A stretch of DNA of 64,000 nt from Botryllus schlosseri. Taxonomy: Eukaryota. Both the position numbers and the translations under genes were made by a program. The notes under the pieces are model-generated. The model was not told the DNA's origin, ran no database searches, and worked only from the letters and a program-made list of their open reading frames with translations. Location: the NCBI GenBank assembly GCA_051294905.1, contig CM119372.1, forward strand, positions 37,388,001 to 37,452,000. The letters run 5' to 3'. Shown here one piece after another: positions 1-13,729 of the stretch (position 1 is its first letter; each line of letters begins with the position of its first letter).

Positions 1-2347
1 ATTTTCAGAAGACGATTGTAGAAGATGAAACTTATTTCGTATTCAAGAAAGCTCGCCAAATTCAAACTCCAGCAGTCGCGCTCAACTTCATTTGACCAAA
101 TTTGTGATATTCTTTGAAGATTTAGACAGAGGAATTCCCACGTTTAAGTCATTCATTACTTCATAGCTTTGGCAGTAGCCTCAAGCCCGGTGCGCTGGGT
201 ACCGTAGCTGTTGTTAATAGCTGGCGAACTGCACTGCGTAAGACAGACTTGAATGCAATATAGGTTGCTTGGTTTCGCCCTCAATTAAGCTACCCTATAT
301 CAATTTAATTCAATTCCAAAACTGATCAAATTGAGCATGGCAGTACAGAACGACGCCTCGTTCTCTGTAGTCACTACCAGCATTAGGATTGGTCTCAGTG
401 CAACTTACCTTGAAATAAATTGATGTCCTGTTCAATGTTTTTTTTTGCTATTTTCAAACAAGTTTGGGGAAATTTGTCAGAATGGTAAAGACTTAAATAC
501 AGATTCAAACTTGGCGTAAGACATACCATATGTATACTATTAGATTAGGGATGGGCAACCCGCTGCCGTAGAAGGGAATTTGTGCGGCCGTTGACACCTA
601 ATTCAATTAGTATGCGTTAGCATCCGTCGACATGCAAATTAAAATTACTAATTCACTCCCAATTTTTTAGAGATTTCAATTAATCTTGAAATTTTTTTCG
701 CGCTTCACGCTATTCAACATAACTTAATTTTTCGATTCTAATACAGTAGCGCCTTTCTCAATCTGAGCAGGAATCAGAATCCTGTGCTCCTCACGAAAGA
801 AATTTTTCTATGGTACATTCGGGCGATTTCAATATATTTCCACTACCGATACGATGGACAATCCTGATCGGGGGTCAAAAAATAACAGCATGCAACAAAG
901 TGCATGACTAGTAACAATTGGCCCACACGAAGATGCATTATCATTTATAACTTGCCCTATATTTTCGAAAGCACTCCCTTCATGAACCCTACCAGTGAAT
1001 CTGATCACATGGGCTGATAAAGGATGAATATTTGACAGTAATATGTGATACTGCTACTATTAGTTGCCATACTTCATGCGTACAATAGGCCTTTGTTAAA
1101 AGTATAAAAGTCCGGAGTTCACCGGGAATGAATATAAACAGATTAACATATAGCCTATCTCTATATTAGATGATGTGATCTTTTTGACATAACGAAAAGT
1201 GCAGGGGCGCAATTTTTTTGGCCATTGCCAAGGGAGGCGCATGTCCAAAAAGGTTGAAAACCGCTGCATTAGATAAAGTAAGTCAGGAATCTCTGCTATA
1301 TCATGTAAAAGGCGGAGCCGTCATCACACAATGTACCAGTACCGGTACTTGAACAATTGCTATATTTTTGTTAGCCTATTTGTCTTAGTTAGTCTTTATA
1401 ATATCATGTCTAGGTTAGGAACTTTTGCCAATATAGCGACTTACGCATGAATTCTTTTTAGTGGATCTGCAAGATACTAGTTACACAGAAGAAATGAGGA
1501 CGAGAAAAAGAAACAATTGGAAGTTTGGCCGATGGTGGGAGACCACTCGTGTTACTGCATGTCTCCTAACGAAGAATTAGACCTCCAGCAGCGATACTTT
1601 TACATCGATAACCTTCTCATCGTGAATCGTGAATGAATATACAGTTTGTTCCAGTGTAGTTTTGGGGGTGTGAAGTAGCTTTTGCGATATTTTAGCATAG
1701 GGTTGCTTTGCGATAGGTATGGGATGTACGTGAATTTACAAGCTGGTATGTAATCCTGATTTACACAGACAGAATGTATGTAGGTAGGCGGTAAAATTAC
1801 AGTCTCAGTGGCAAATATACAGGAGAACATGTAGATTGGGTATACCGGAGGTGACTGTAACATTACAGTCTGGCATGTAAAGTGAGATTACCGGACGAGT
1901 GTAAGTTAAATTTACATTGACTAACGGTAATGTCACATTACCACGAAATCTCTGGCTACCGTGCTTCCAAACATTTCGCGGTAAATCGAGGTTTTTTTTA
2001 CAGTGCGCTCACATATACTTAAAGGTTAAACTACGTAATTGCATAGCCTCAGTTTATAGTTACCAGCCAAAATAGAGAATAGAGAAACGAATATATAAGA
2101 TGCAATACATTATCCATTTACAAATGGATATGATACCATTCGAGCCTGCGCCAGTGGTTGAGGTCCATATAAACTATATTTGACTTCAATTTCAATAAAA
2201 CAAGAGGTTTGGTAAGAACAGAGAACAGAAATATACATTTTGCTAATCTATTACTACTACTACTATCTTTACTACTTGAGTTACGACAACGTAAGCTGTA
2301 AGCTCCGATCACTTCGTGTGCGGTCAATTTATTTGTAAGAGAACAAT

Positions 2348-2600
2348 TGTTATGTTCGTGCATTTACGTTTCAGTGTCGTACAACTCTTTCTTTCTATAG
2401 GATTAGTAATCACAGCCAATCATTATTTCCTCGTGTGTCGTGCTTGTATTTATACCCTGTGTTCTGTTGTCTCGTGGTTTTCCATTTAACTGCACTCTGG
2501 ATCGTGTCGCCTGTAGTAAAGTTATACTGCTGATAAGATACTGATTTCTTATTGCAACCTCGTCGCATTGAGTTGTTCAAACAAGATCAAGAACATAACA
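2348..2600 (+). repeat. 5' LTR (253 bp)
   Basis: TG...CA ends with a perfect 10-bp inverted repeat; its first ~63 bp recur at 4481-4543. Confidence 0.9.
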
Positions 2601-2602
2601 AT

Positions 2603-2615
2603 TGGTGTCAGAAGT
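2603..2615 (+). promoter_or_regulatory. primer binding site (probably tRNA-Leu)
   Basis: TGGTGTCAGAAGT 2 nt after the LTR end, complementary to a tRNA 3' end ACUUCUGACACCA. Confidence 0.8.
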
Positions 2616-2717
2616 CGGATTCAAAGTTTTTCTGCGACGAATATATATCATGGAATCGGGTATTTTGAAAATTCTTGAGAAGCAGCAAGAGATGATGATG
2701 TAAACAAGCAGCTCATT

Positions 2718-4446
2718 TTGTCAACGGATGCTTCTCAATTCGGAATCGGTACTGTCCTCTCAATCGAGCACAATGGCGAAGAGAGACCGATCGCGCACGC
2801 ATCGAAAACGGTTTCCGATTCGCAAAAATCTCACTCTCAAATAGAGAAGGAAGCTCTGTCAATCATTTACGGAGTCACTAAATTTCGTCAATTCTTGTAT
2901 GGTAGAAAATTTACGTTCGTAACGGACCACAAACCGCTTTTAGCTATTTTCTCGCCGGACAAGAAAATTCCTGTGATTACAGCGCAACGTTTACAGCGAT
3001 GGGCACTAACGCTCATGGCTTACCAATACGATATTCGCTATAAACCGACTAATCAGCACGGAAACGCCGACGGTTCATCTCGCTTACCAAAGGGACCAGA
3101 CCCCGAGTTTGACGAACTGGAAATTCGTGAAAACGCGGAGATCGTTCACGCTATTGATATGGCATTCGATGGCTTCGCGTTAACTCGCAATGAAATTCGC
3201 GACGCGACGCTGAAGGACAAAACCATGAAACTAGTAAAATTATCTGTCACTCATGGTAATTGGAATCCAAAGACGCACAGTGATGATATTTCTTGGTTTT
3301 CGACTCGCAAACATTCGCTTTCTCTGCACGAAGACATAGTCATTAGTCATGCTCAATATTGATGTGGTTTTCAGCGCGTAGTAATTCCGCAGTCACTTCG
3401 CTCACGAGTCTTATCACTGTTGCACGAAGGACATTGGGGTATCGCGAAAATGAAGCAGAGGGCTCGACGTTACATCGCATGGCCTTCCATTAATCGCGAC
3501 ATTGAAAATCTCGTTAAGAGTTGCGACGCTTGGTAATGAAAGCGCCTGATCGTCAGTATCGCGAATGGCCCAAAACTTCTGAAAGCTTTGAACGAATCCC
3601 CTTGGATTTCGCAGGTCCAATAAACAATAAAATGTTTCTTGTCATCGTCGATGCGCATTCGAAATATCGTTTCGTTAAAGTAATGAATGTCGGATCTACC
3701 ACAACCTTGTGTGTAGTCAACGCTTTGCGGGAAGTCTTCTCTATTGAAGGCTTGCCCGTAACAATTGTCACGGATGGCGGGCCGCAATTCACATCAAATG
3801 AATTCGATACCTTTTGTTCTCATTTGGCAATCAGCCATATCGTATCACCGTCTTTTCACCCTGCCTCGAACGGGGAAGCGGGGCGTTTCGTCCAGACTTT
3901 AAAAGCTGGATTAATAAAAAATTGCGACGGGGAAAAGATCTCAACTTCGCGCTCCAAACACTTCTCGCTACGTACCGATGTGCACCGCACCCGGGCATAG
4001 ACTGGAAAACGCCTGCCGAGATTTTGCATGGTCGACAGCCGCGCAATTTGTTAAGTTTGTGCTCGCCCTTCGATAAATCGAAACCCGTTACGCCTAGACA
4101 ATCAGGCACTCATTTCGAGATTGGTTCCTCGGTTTACGCTCGCAGTTACCGAAGCGGACCAAATTGGGTTGCTGGCGTGGTGACGGAAATACTGGGACGT
4201 GTTGTGTACATTATAAAAACAGATCATGGGTATTGGAGGAGGCACAAGAACCAACTCCAACCACGCTTGATTTCAGCTGGCAATAATACAGCCACACAGG
4301 AAGTTGCTCAGCCTCAACAGTCAGAAGCTGAGGAATCATTGGTTAGGAGCAGGGCACAAGGTCCTGCAGCTAGTCCTGCCCGTACGTCGGGTAGACGTTA
4401 TCCTCTTAGGAACAGAAAGCCAACCGATTTCTACAGACCTACGTAA
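2718..4446 (+). pseudogene. pol: pol remnant: RNase H + integrase, frameshifted
   Basis: RNase H motifs TDAS, EKEALSIIYGV, TDHKPL, RLQRWAL; integrase LHEGHWG zinc finger, LDFAGP, IVTDGGPQF, HPASNGEA; split over three frames. Confidence 0.92.
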
Positions 4447-5562
4447 ATGTGGGCAACCCTCTCAACTTATAGGGGAGGACTGCTATGTTCGTGCATTTAC
4501 GTTTCAGTGTCGTACAACTCTTTCTTTCTATAGGATTAGTAATTACAGCGCAACGTTTACAGCGATGGGCACTAACGCTCATGGCTTACTTATACGATAT
4601 TCGCTATAAACCGACTAATCAGCACGGAAACGCCGACGGTTCATCTCGCTTACCAAAGGGTCCAGACCCTGAGTTTGACGGACTGGAAATTCGTGAAAAC
4701 GCGGAGATCGTTCACGCTATTGATATGGCATTCGATGGCTTACCGTTAACTCGCAATGAAATTCGCGACACGACGCTGAAGGACAAAACCATGAAACTAG
4801 TAAAATTATCTGTCAGTCACGGTAATTGGAATCCAAAGACGCACATTGATGATTTTTCTTGGTTTTCGACTCGCAAACATTCGCTTTCTCTGCACGAAGA
4901 CATAGTCATGCTCAATATTGATGGTTTTCAGCGCGTAGTAATTCCGCAGTCACTTCATAGTCATAGTGGATTGACATTGACAATTGATAATATGAGGTAA
5001 ATATAGCTCTTTTGACGAAATATGTAGGTACCATAGCTGCTGAACCGACTATTTTGAGGGTTCCAACCATCCCACGTCGTATACGTATGCCATACCAGGT
5101 GGTAATCGTCCTTATGGACATACAACCTGTTTTTTGGAAAGTATTTACATAATTATGGCATAACTATACAACTTGAAAAAACACAATCTTGTTTTTTTTT
5201 AAAGGCCTTTGTTTGTTTTAAACAAATTGTTTTAAACAACCATTTGTTTTAAATGCAATCCTAGCCGCATTTGAATTACATCCAAATTTTTAGGCCTAAA
5301 GGCGTGCCTCGTCGCCAAGTATATTCATTTGTATAATGTATAACGATTGGCTGGCAATCTAAATAACCCTCGCACTAAAAAATGCATTATTATTTCTGTA
5401 CAAATTGTTTACAACACAGAACGTACATCCTTCAAAATCTCGAAATCGCGAATTGCGACGATTCACGGCAAGGCGTTGGGCGCAAATCAAGTAACGGGCA
5501 CTTTCCGATATTAGTTTTCACGTTTAATACAATGGACGAAAACACGTCAAATAAATCAATTA

Positions 5563-7258
5563 CACTGTGCAACAATTTTGAACGAAAAATTTGTTGACTT
5601 TGATTTGGCACTTGATTAAGGCTAATTTTGGGGTGCTGATTCCAAAAATCCCACTGGTTTTCTTCTATCACGTCAACTTTTTGCTCTATGACATATGCCC
5701 AAAATCTGCAAATTTTCACGAATTTAGCCATATTACTTTTCCATATCATCTAAAAATCCACACTTTTAACTTATAATAAGTTATATAGTCAAGTGCTCGA
5801 CTGAATTATGTTGGGAAAAGGTAATGGTATCGATCTAGCCCGATGTTTTCCCCCATTTTTGGTTAGAGGGTGCTATTATCCGAGGATATTTCACACACAT
5901 ATTTGATTCAAACTGCAGGGTATGGAAAGAAAAAGAAAAATGACATTTACTATCAGCTATATGTCCAATGCCACTTTCAGCTTATTCAGTGTCACCTGAA
6001 ACTCCTGTCTTGTCCTAATCAAACTTTCAGCCTGGTGCACAAGGTCACAGCCGGGCACCAATAAAAAAAACCTACCAACCAACCAACCTGAAACTCCTAT
6101 ACGCTCGATGATTTGTATCAAGATGAAGATCTTAGGGATAACAGCCCACATGATAAAAAATTTAAAGTCAAAGTTGATTCAGAAAGTAAAGTAGTCCATC
6201 AACCCGAGTTATTGATCCGACATAAGCTTTGGGACTTTGAATAGACATCTTCGGGGCTTTGAACATCCTTATGAAGTGAGAAAAGATTACTTGACAAGGA
6301 AGAAAAGGTATCTCACTTTCGATCAGGAGAAACAGCCTTTCCTTCGTAGGCCTACTTTCGGTAGCTCTGAGTATTGCCGTGATACTGGTATTGGCATGAT
6401 ACCGTTACCATGGATAACCGGAGGAGTTGTGAATCCCGATTTTCAAGTCAAGTGAATGGCAAATGCCATAGGTAGCTCAAAAAGGATCCTAAACTTTGCT
6501 ATTCTTCAAAATGGCAAAGTCTTGGGTGCAGTAATAATTGCACACTCATTTAGTCTACATGAATAATGCAGAAACAATTAAGAGGAATACAGAAACATTG
6601 AATTGTTGCAATATCACGAGAACGATTGAATCATGTGTTTCAGCTTTGAAATATTGTGTTTTCTAGTGGTTAGACAATACGGATGCAATGCAACCCTAAT
6701 ACACAGGTGTCACTGCAATATCTTTATGTCGAACAGCAGACATTCAAAAAAGCTAAAATATCTTAATAATTTCCCTAAAAACCTTGACATAGTCAGAGAT
6801 GGACAAGGAGAAAATGTCCCCCAACATCTGAAGATGATGGGGGTATGATGCCAGAGTAGATTGGAGCTTACATATGTTAGCTTACTGTTGCTCAAGTATC
6901 AAACTAGACAACCTACAGAATAATAGGTTATTGGCGTAAAATTGGACCCCGAAACTCGCATTTTATTTGTCATGTAGAAGCAATATCAGTTTAAATCAAC
7001 CGAATAAAGCAGTGCAAATGTTTATTTGAAGTCTATTGATTTACTTTCGACTGCTTGTGATTTTTGAAACGTTTTATACGATAAGCAAAAAATATTAAAA
7101 ATAGTGCTATTATGTGCATTATGAGACAATGTGGTGGGTACCTAACCAAAAAAAATGACGTGATAGAGAAAAGCAGAAGTAATTTTTTAATTCAGCGCCC
7201 AAAAATTAGTCAAAAACAATTGTCTGATCAAAGTCAACAAAAATAGTGTTGACCAGCA
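5563..7258 (+). mobile_element. Chapaev3-like (CMC superfamily) DNA transposon relic
   Basis: Ends CACTGTGCAACA / TGTTGACCAGCA with inverted subterminal blocks (5592-5650 vs ~7190-7240). Degraded transposase C-terminus NFPKNLDIVRDGQGENVPQHLKMM...HMLAYCCSSIKLD (6768-6910) resembles the FPENLG.VSDEQGERFHQD...MMADYCW motif. Confidence 0.72.
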
Positions 7259-7685
7259 TTATCATGGAGATGTATCGCAAGTCAGGCGAGGGTTCTACTT
7301 ACGACTACGTGTACCGCCCAAAGAAGGCGCGAATAGATCTTCATTAGGTGTGGTGTAATTAAATCGTTTTCATTCATCGGAATGGTGTTAAAAAGTAATG
7401 CGTTATCAGAAAGTTTATATGTCCCAATTTGCACCCTATGCAACATCTGAAATCTTGTGAATGCGCCTATTTCCCACCCATGTATAGACCGTGTAAGCTT
7501 GCATGTATTCGAGATAAACACTTTGGTAGAAGCGAATTGTTTTTGACAAGGACGTGACACCTCAGATTCGCAGTGCAGATGACAACCAAACTAGGAAGCC
7601 GAAATTTTGGGCAAATCCGCTTTTTGTCCCACCTTGTTCATTCCGGGGCGCTAGACAGACAGACAGACATTTATTGGTTTATCAA

Positions 7686-7850
7686 CAGAGGTGATCAAAG
7701 TAGTCAAGTAAGCTACTCAAGTAGAAGTGGAAGTATCGACGCAAAAATAGACTCAAGTACAAGTAGAAATTTTCAAAGCGACCTAAGACTACTTGGAGTA
7801 TAAGTAGAATTTGCTGGCTTTAAATCTACTCAAGTAAGTAGTTTTGAAAA
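7686..7850 (+). repeat. left end of a hAT-like MITE with TACTCAAGTA/CAAGTA subterminal repeats
   Basis: CAGAGGTGATCAAAGTA followed by repeated CAAGTA motifs; partner end not found. Confidence 0.45.
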
Positions 7851-8112
7851 CGGTCATAATTCGTTCGCATGGACTGTAAAAAGCTTCAAATTGATCTATG
7901 CAGAAGGTGCAGAGAGTTTGCTGCACAACGCACATTGATGCATCCCAGAAGGTATGAATTTCCGACAACATGAGCATTCGACCGCATCATGAGTTGCAAA
8001 TGACAGCTTTGTTATGGAAATAAGATACTCATCTTTTGTTTACTTGAACATCCCGTTTTAGAAAATGTCATGGCATGCTCCCTCGCCCATAGTACGGCCT
8101 TTAGTTTAGTCC

Positions 8113-8280
8113 ATGTAGTTGTTCCTGACCTTGCCTTCAGCACCCCCCCCCCCCCGCGATGGCGATTTGGATTTTGAAGTGGCCGGAAACGCTCACGGGA
8201 CGAAATGGGGGGCGTTAGGCTTAGAGGCGGTATGGGGGCGCTGAAGAAAAATGGCCTCGCATTAGGTGATGTAGTAAGTA
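8113..8280 (-). repeat. diverged end of the MITE family seen at 24464-25953
   Basis: Reverse complement aligns by eye with ~25790-25953. Confidence 0.6.
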
Positions 8281-9374
8281 CATATGATAATATACTAGAA
8301 CAATGGTTCTATATATCCCTGAGTTCTCATAACAAACTCACATTCGACAAAATCTGTCAAATCACAATATTTTCGTTTCGCTCATCGCTAAATATCAACC
8401 GACGATGTTTCCGTGAATGCAGTGGTTCATTTTAATTCATGTAAAATGAATTTGGCGTACTTTTGGATTGACAATTTCCATTTAAAACACATTCAATGTC
8501 ACGTTAGCTGCTCCAAATCGTTTCGAAACCTTCCTGTATTTTTTATTATATCGCGGTTTTGTGGTGTTTTGAAATGACTCTGATGGTATACTGATACCTC
8601 GGGTTACTTTCCTCAAAATGTTTTGAACCAGGTATTGTATTCTGCAGCGCACTGCGTGTCGAAATCGAAAAGGCACTGTGCTGTACAACTTTTGAGAGTG
8701 ATGCCTTTTGTACATTAAAGATGTTTTAAAGTTTTTTGGCCATACTGAAGAACTAAATATGCTTGTATTTGAGAGCTACAAAATTAAATCGTCGGAATAA
8801 TTCTTTATCGTATCATAAAGGATGATACTATGCTTACTGTTGTTACCCCATTCATGTTAAAGTTAAGAGCTTGGTGCAGTACTAAATTCAATGTGAGCAA
8901 ATCTCTACCACATTCTGAGTTGATTAAGTAGTCACACAAAGCAATAAAACAAAACCCGATACTATTAACTTCCCCGTATTGCCAATCGCAGAGGAGAATT
9001 CGGGATGTGTACGTAGATCTCGAACCAAATGCTATAAGCACGTAGGCCTCACCCGATAGATGTTATAACAACCTGGATTCGATCCCGAAAACAGCACATA
9101 CAGTTATACCGGTAATTAGTCGAGTGGTCTATTAGTGAAGTCCCAACCCAAAACCGGACTTCAAGCACTTACCCATTGTTTTTACTACAGTTCTTAAAAC
9201 AAGGAGGCACCAGACCCAGGCATTTTTTGAAAGGGGACGTTGAGGATAAAAAGGTTAGGAACCACTGGTTTAGTCGAAGAGCAATATGGAGAAGTTGTAT
9301 GGATACGATGTTAACACTTTACGCGATTCCTATACGATGATAAAAATATGGACAAACGTAAAAATGCCCTAGAC

Positions 9375-10623
9375 CAGTGGTTCTCAACCGCCGGTTCGCG
9401 GACCGGTGCCGGTCCGCGTTGACATTCCTGCCGGTCCGCGAGGTATATTACAATTTTATACCTTAATTTCAAGATGCAATGTTGAAGACAACAAGTACAG
9501 AACATATACGAGCTGACTCATCGCTAAACAGCGCAGTTTGCGCGATCATTCGTTTTCGATTCATTCATTTCGGGCAGGACCGTAACTGGGGCTCCCAAAC
9601 CGCCCAATTGAAGAGGGACCGAGCTTGAAAAGGGCCCAAAACTGTTTTGCAAATGAACATAAATCATAGTTTAATTTTTTTGAAACTTTTTTCAACATTT
9701 TTCAACTTCTTTTCGCACTTTGCGCGATTTAGTGTCACTAAATGCCATGCTTATAGGTGCCCTTTTCCGAGAAATACGCATGATTTATATAAATAGGCAT
9801 TTCGGCGTCAGTCATTACCGCGCCGCGACGTACCAACACAAGTTCAGGCTAACATGGGACTCCGAAGGTTGTGCCAAAAATTCAGCAGCGAGAATACCGA
9901 TTCGGTCATGAATGATCGGAAATTTTCGCTGTTGGCTCGATTAAGCTGCATAAACTTTCTGCTTATACTAAGTAGAATGAATGTACTCACAAGTACAGGT
10001 GAAAACATCCACCCAACTGTAGGGTCTAGGGGCGAAGCCCCCGGAAGTTTGGCTTATCGCCCCGAGTGGGCCCAACACCAGCATTTTTGGGGTGAGCTGA
10101 CGAAGCAATTTTTCTGCCCGGGTTTGCGCATGGCCGGTACAGCTGCTGTAAGGTGTTGTCTTGCGGCACACATTGTATTCGTAGTTGCCAGAGTAGCCTA
10201 CGTTTGATGGCAGTGTGCAATAAGCAAGGTAGCACGACAAGGAGCTTGGTTATACTCCGAAACGCTTCTTCTCTCGATATTGTCAAAGAGAAGATTATTA
10301 TTCGTGTTGGCGTGGTCGGTTAAACCCACGGCCTTCGGCGCGAAAGACTGTAAACGACTCTCGGCGGTAGCACATATATCTGGACAAGGCAATTTTACCT
10401 CGACTCAGCAGACTCACTACCATGAAATCACATGGATGCCATCATGAAGGTAATTAATTGCTATCAAAACCCTCTAAATGTCGCACTCTAGCACCATATA
10501 ATTGCTAAAAACGGTTGCATACTTTACATTTTGGCTTCATTTCAATTTTGAAATTTCACCGGTCCGCCAGACATTTTTGGAAATTTTACCGGTCCGCGAG
10601 GTGAAAAAGGTTGAGAACCACTG
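9375..10623. mobile_element. non-autonomous hAT element
   Basis: TIR CAGTGGTTCTCAACC / GGTTGAGAACCACTG; perfect 8-bp TSD CCCTAGAC; second copy begins at 63639. Confidence 0.92.
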
Positions 10624-11244
10624 CCCTAGACTGTAATTTTATTTTTGGAAAATCAATGGCGATGCTACACTTGCTATTCAATTTAAACAGGTACGTTCTC
10701 CAGACAAAAGAACTGAAGCAAATTAGAACTACAAGTAATGATACTGCGAATTGAACGAGAAATATTAGTACTCAGAAGCTGCGTTAATAAGGGGGGCCGT
10801 TGAAGTATCGACTAGCCGCTATACTATAGCCTTCTACTAGTTGTGGGCAAAATGTGGATTATCTGCATCCGATGTTCACCCCATTATTATAATTGAAAAC
10901 TTATATGGTAACAATCAGCAAATATTACCTCTTGATATTTATTGGGTAATATGGTTCAATGATTAGTGTTATTACCAGGGCTATGGAGTCGGAGTTTGGC
11001 TAATTTTTGCTTGATGGAGTCGGAGTCGGAATCGTAGTCGTGAAAACTGTGGTGGCTGGACTCGGAGTCGTGGAAAAAATACTGACTGGAGTCGGAGTCG
11101 GAGTTTGTGAAAATGACCTTGACTTCGACCCCGACTTCTTTATCAAGAAAGGTATCTTTAAATTACTACTAATAACTATAATAGGATTTTTATGTGCCAT
11201 CAATCACAGTTATTAGTAACAGTGTAGTATATTAGTATACAGAT

Positions 11245-13386
11245 TAGGGGCGGCCAAACCGTGCCCCACAAGCCAAATGTGGCGCCCTAGAAGGTTTTGT
11301 GTGGCCTGCGAGGTAATTCTCGAAATTAGATATAACATTAGGTAAAATTGCGAGGCCAACCGAAATTTGATTAGCCTAACCGTGAAATTTGATGATGACT
11401 AAAACATCAGTTTCGACGCATTGACGTAACTTGGGGCCAGCCACATTAATCGCAGATCTTCGTGTCTGACCAATGGCCATGAAGTGGAATATTGCGTAGC
11501 AGATTTATTTGACTTGAAATTTTCCTTAGCACTTCGCATGATTTATTGTCACATTTCTTGCATTTAGTATTGGAACCCCTCCTGGAAATCATAAATACGC
11601 GTAATTTACAGAATTAAGTCCAACTATACTCGCAATTAGGAGATAACGTGTCGTCCAACATGCGACTTCGCTTGTGCGCTCGAAGCGAGATCGTCGACGA
11701 TGAAACATTTGCACAAAATGACTGAGGCATGTTCACTTAAACCAGAGGTCTCAAACTCAAATGTGGTCGCGGGCCAATTTCTAGTTTTTGATGGCGCCGC
11801 GGGCCGCAGCAACAATAATAGGGGTATTCAATGTATATCCAAGTATAGGCCTTATTTTACGGGACCTTGCAGACTGGCATACCACACCCTAAGCGAAATG
11901 TGATTTACTATTGTGAATTCACGCCTGGTACGAAAAATATCACATTTTCAAATGCTTGAATAAAATTGTTGTTGTAGGCTACTTGGCATAATCTGTCAAA
12001 ATATGTAGTTATAGACACACCATGCGAGAGTACAAATGCATCTCATGACATCGTAAAAGCTGTCGCGTTATAATTTGGCAGCTAGCAGACATTTCACGTG
12101 CCGCAATTATTGGTAGATGATATAAAAGTTTAACAAATATTGATCTGATCGAAGCATTGGAGCAATACATCCTAATCTGGGTTGCGAGCATACTCCTGAT
12201 AACTTGGCTATTGATCATGCCATTACCAAAGTAAAATTAAATCAGCGTTAGATTTACAGATCAATGACAACTGCCGACTGATTAATGTGCCATAGCAATA
12301 AAAATTTCTAGTCGCTGACGAATCCATTGGTGTTACAGCAATGGAGCGTAACACCGCTACTTTATACTCGTCACCTTCAATAGGCAATATTACCATGGTT
12401 AAAGAGACCCAATATTACGCAGGAAATAACTAACTTCACATTAAGAGGGGGGACAGAGTGTCAATGGTTGCCATACCGGCCTACTTGGATTGCTAAATAC
12501 GCTCCGCAACGCAAGTTACGGCCTTTTGATATATTGCTATTTCAGTTTGTTCAGTTAATTTACTATAACATTTTGGTAGTTTGTTGCGTCTGTGATTGTA
12601 CCAAGTGACGGCTTTCCGAGTCACATGTCCTTCTCTGATTGTAACGTTTCACCCGACTCAACTCGAGTCATCCTTATTTTTCCTCCCATTCAGTACGCGT
12701 TCGAGTAATTCTACAAAACGTCGCGCCCAAGTACAAATCATAATTTTCAGTCACGAATTATCAACGAGTCAAGTCCTATCATCATAAACAAGCAATGTGA
12801 CGTATATAGCTGATCTTCCACCGCATGGTAACTGTTGAAAGTGATGCGATGGTGAAGTTTGATGAGTATAGTTTCAGGATTTCGGAGTAGTTTTAGAGCG
12901 AATTTCAAGTTCTCAAATCTAAAAAATGATATGTTGCAGTTAAATGTTATCGAATACTTAAAAATCCAAACTGCCGACGCGGGCCGCACAAAATGATCTG
13001 GCGGGCCGCATGCGGCCCGCGGGCCGCGTGTTTGAGACCTCTGACTTAAACCGTCGATATTGCTATGCCTAGAACCCGAAATAATCCTGCCCTTGCCAAA
13101 TGAGCCCATTGCTATACAGAGGCGGCCCCTAATATATGCAAGTAATATATTTATAGATCGAATTCATTCATTACCTTGGAAAATATTTCGTGCTTCGCGC
13201 GACAAGCGCATGACTGCACGCACTTGCACAATGTACAGTTGCACTGTGAGTTTTCATGACATAATTGTTATCAATTTTAAAGCGCAGTCATAAATCTTGT
13301 TTTCAAGCTCATCAACATGCAAGTTCCCCGCGCAATGGCTCGTAAATCTCATGTTGCCCTTTAGTCGAAAAGGTTGGCCACCCCTG
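11245..13386. mobile_element. older hAT MITE nested in 10976-15409
   Basis: TAGGGGCGGCCAAACC / AGGTTGGCCACCCCTG; TSD decayed (ATACAGAT / ACATAGAG). Confidence 0.6.
11743..13043. mobile_element. non-autonomous hAT (Charlie-like termini)
   Basis: TIR CAGAGGTCTCAAAC; perfect TSD ACTTAAAC; related copy at 46725-47931. Confidence 0.92.
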
Positions 13387-13729
13387 ACATAGAGATAATT
13401 TGATATTATTTGCAGATTACCATTCAGTTGCATGGAAGAAGAAAGAAGCAATATGCATCTTCGTAATGCTGTCACAAATTGATGCAATTTTCGGAATTAT
13501 ACCATGATATTGTGACAGAGCAAATATATCGCCTGGCTGTAAAATTGAAGTAAGTATAACCAAACGCTCCTTCCCACTTGACAAAATTAAAAATAATTGT
13601 AGTGTAGCTTAGCTGCTTGGGTCGAACAAATGATTAAGAAAGACTGCAAGTCCTAGTCCTTGAATACTTGATCAAGTGCATGTAGACTAGATATATGCTA
13701 TTTGACTACTTCCTAAATTTCGTTTATGA

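Larger units (their letters stand above)
2348..4956 (+). mobile_element. Gypsy/Ty3 LTR retrotransposon (K02A2.6-like), internally deleted and rearranged
   Basis: 5' LTR 2348-2600 with TGTTATGTTC...GAACATAACA termini; PBS TGGTGTCAGAAGT; RNase H and integrase motifs; PPT AGGGGAGGAC 4471-4480; 3' LTR starts 4481, breaks at ~4545 and is followed by a second copy of ~2976-3399. Confidence 0.93.

Noticed and set aside
1600..2005. 87-aa minus-strand ORF and TTTTTTTACAGTG terminus
   Set aside because: No protein motif. Looks like one end of a CACTG-type non-autonomous element; partner end not found.
9040..9095. B-box-like GGATTCGATCCC
   Set aside because: No cloverleaf or A box; at most a SINE fragment.
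10981..11130. (GGAGTC)n, GACTCGAGTC and (CAATTA)n arrays as possible CRISPR-like or coding repeats
   Set aside because: Short irregular motifs just inside hAT TIRs, i.e. subterminal repeats. No constant repeat-spacer structure, and the context is eukaryotic.
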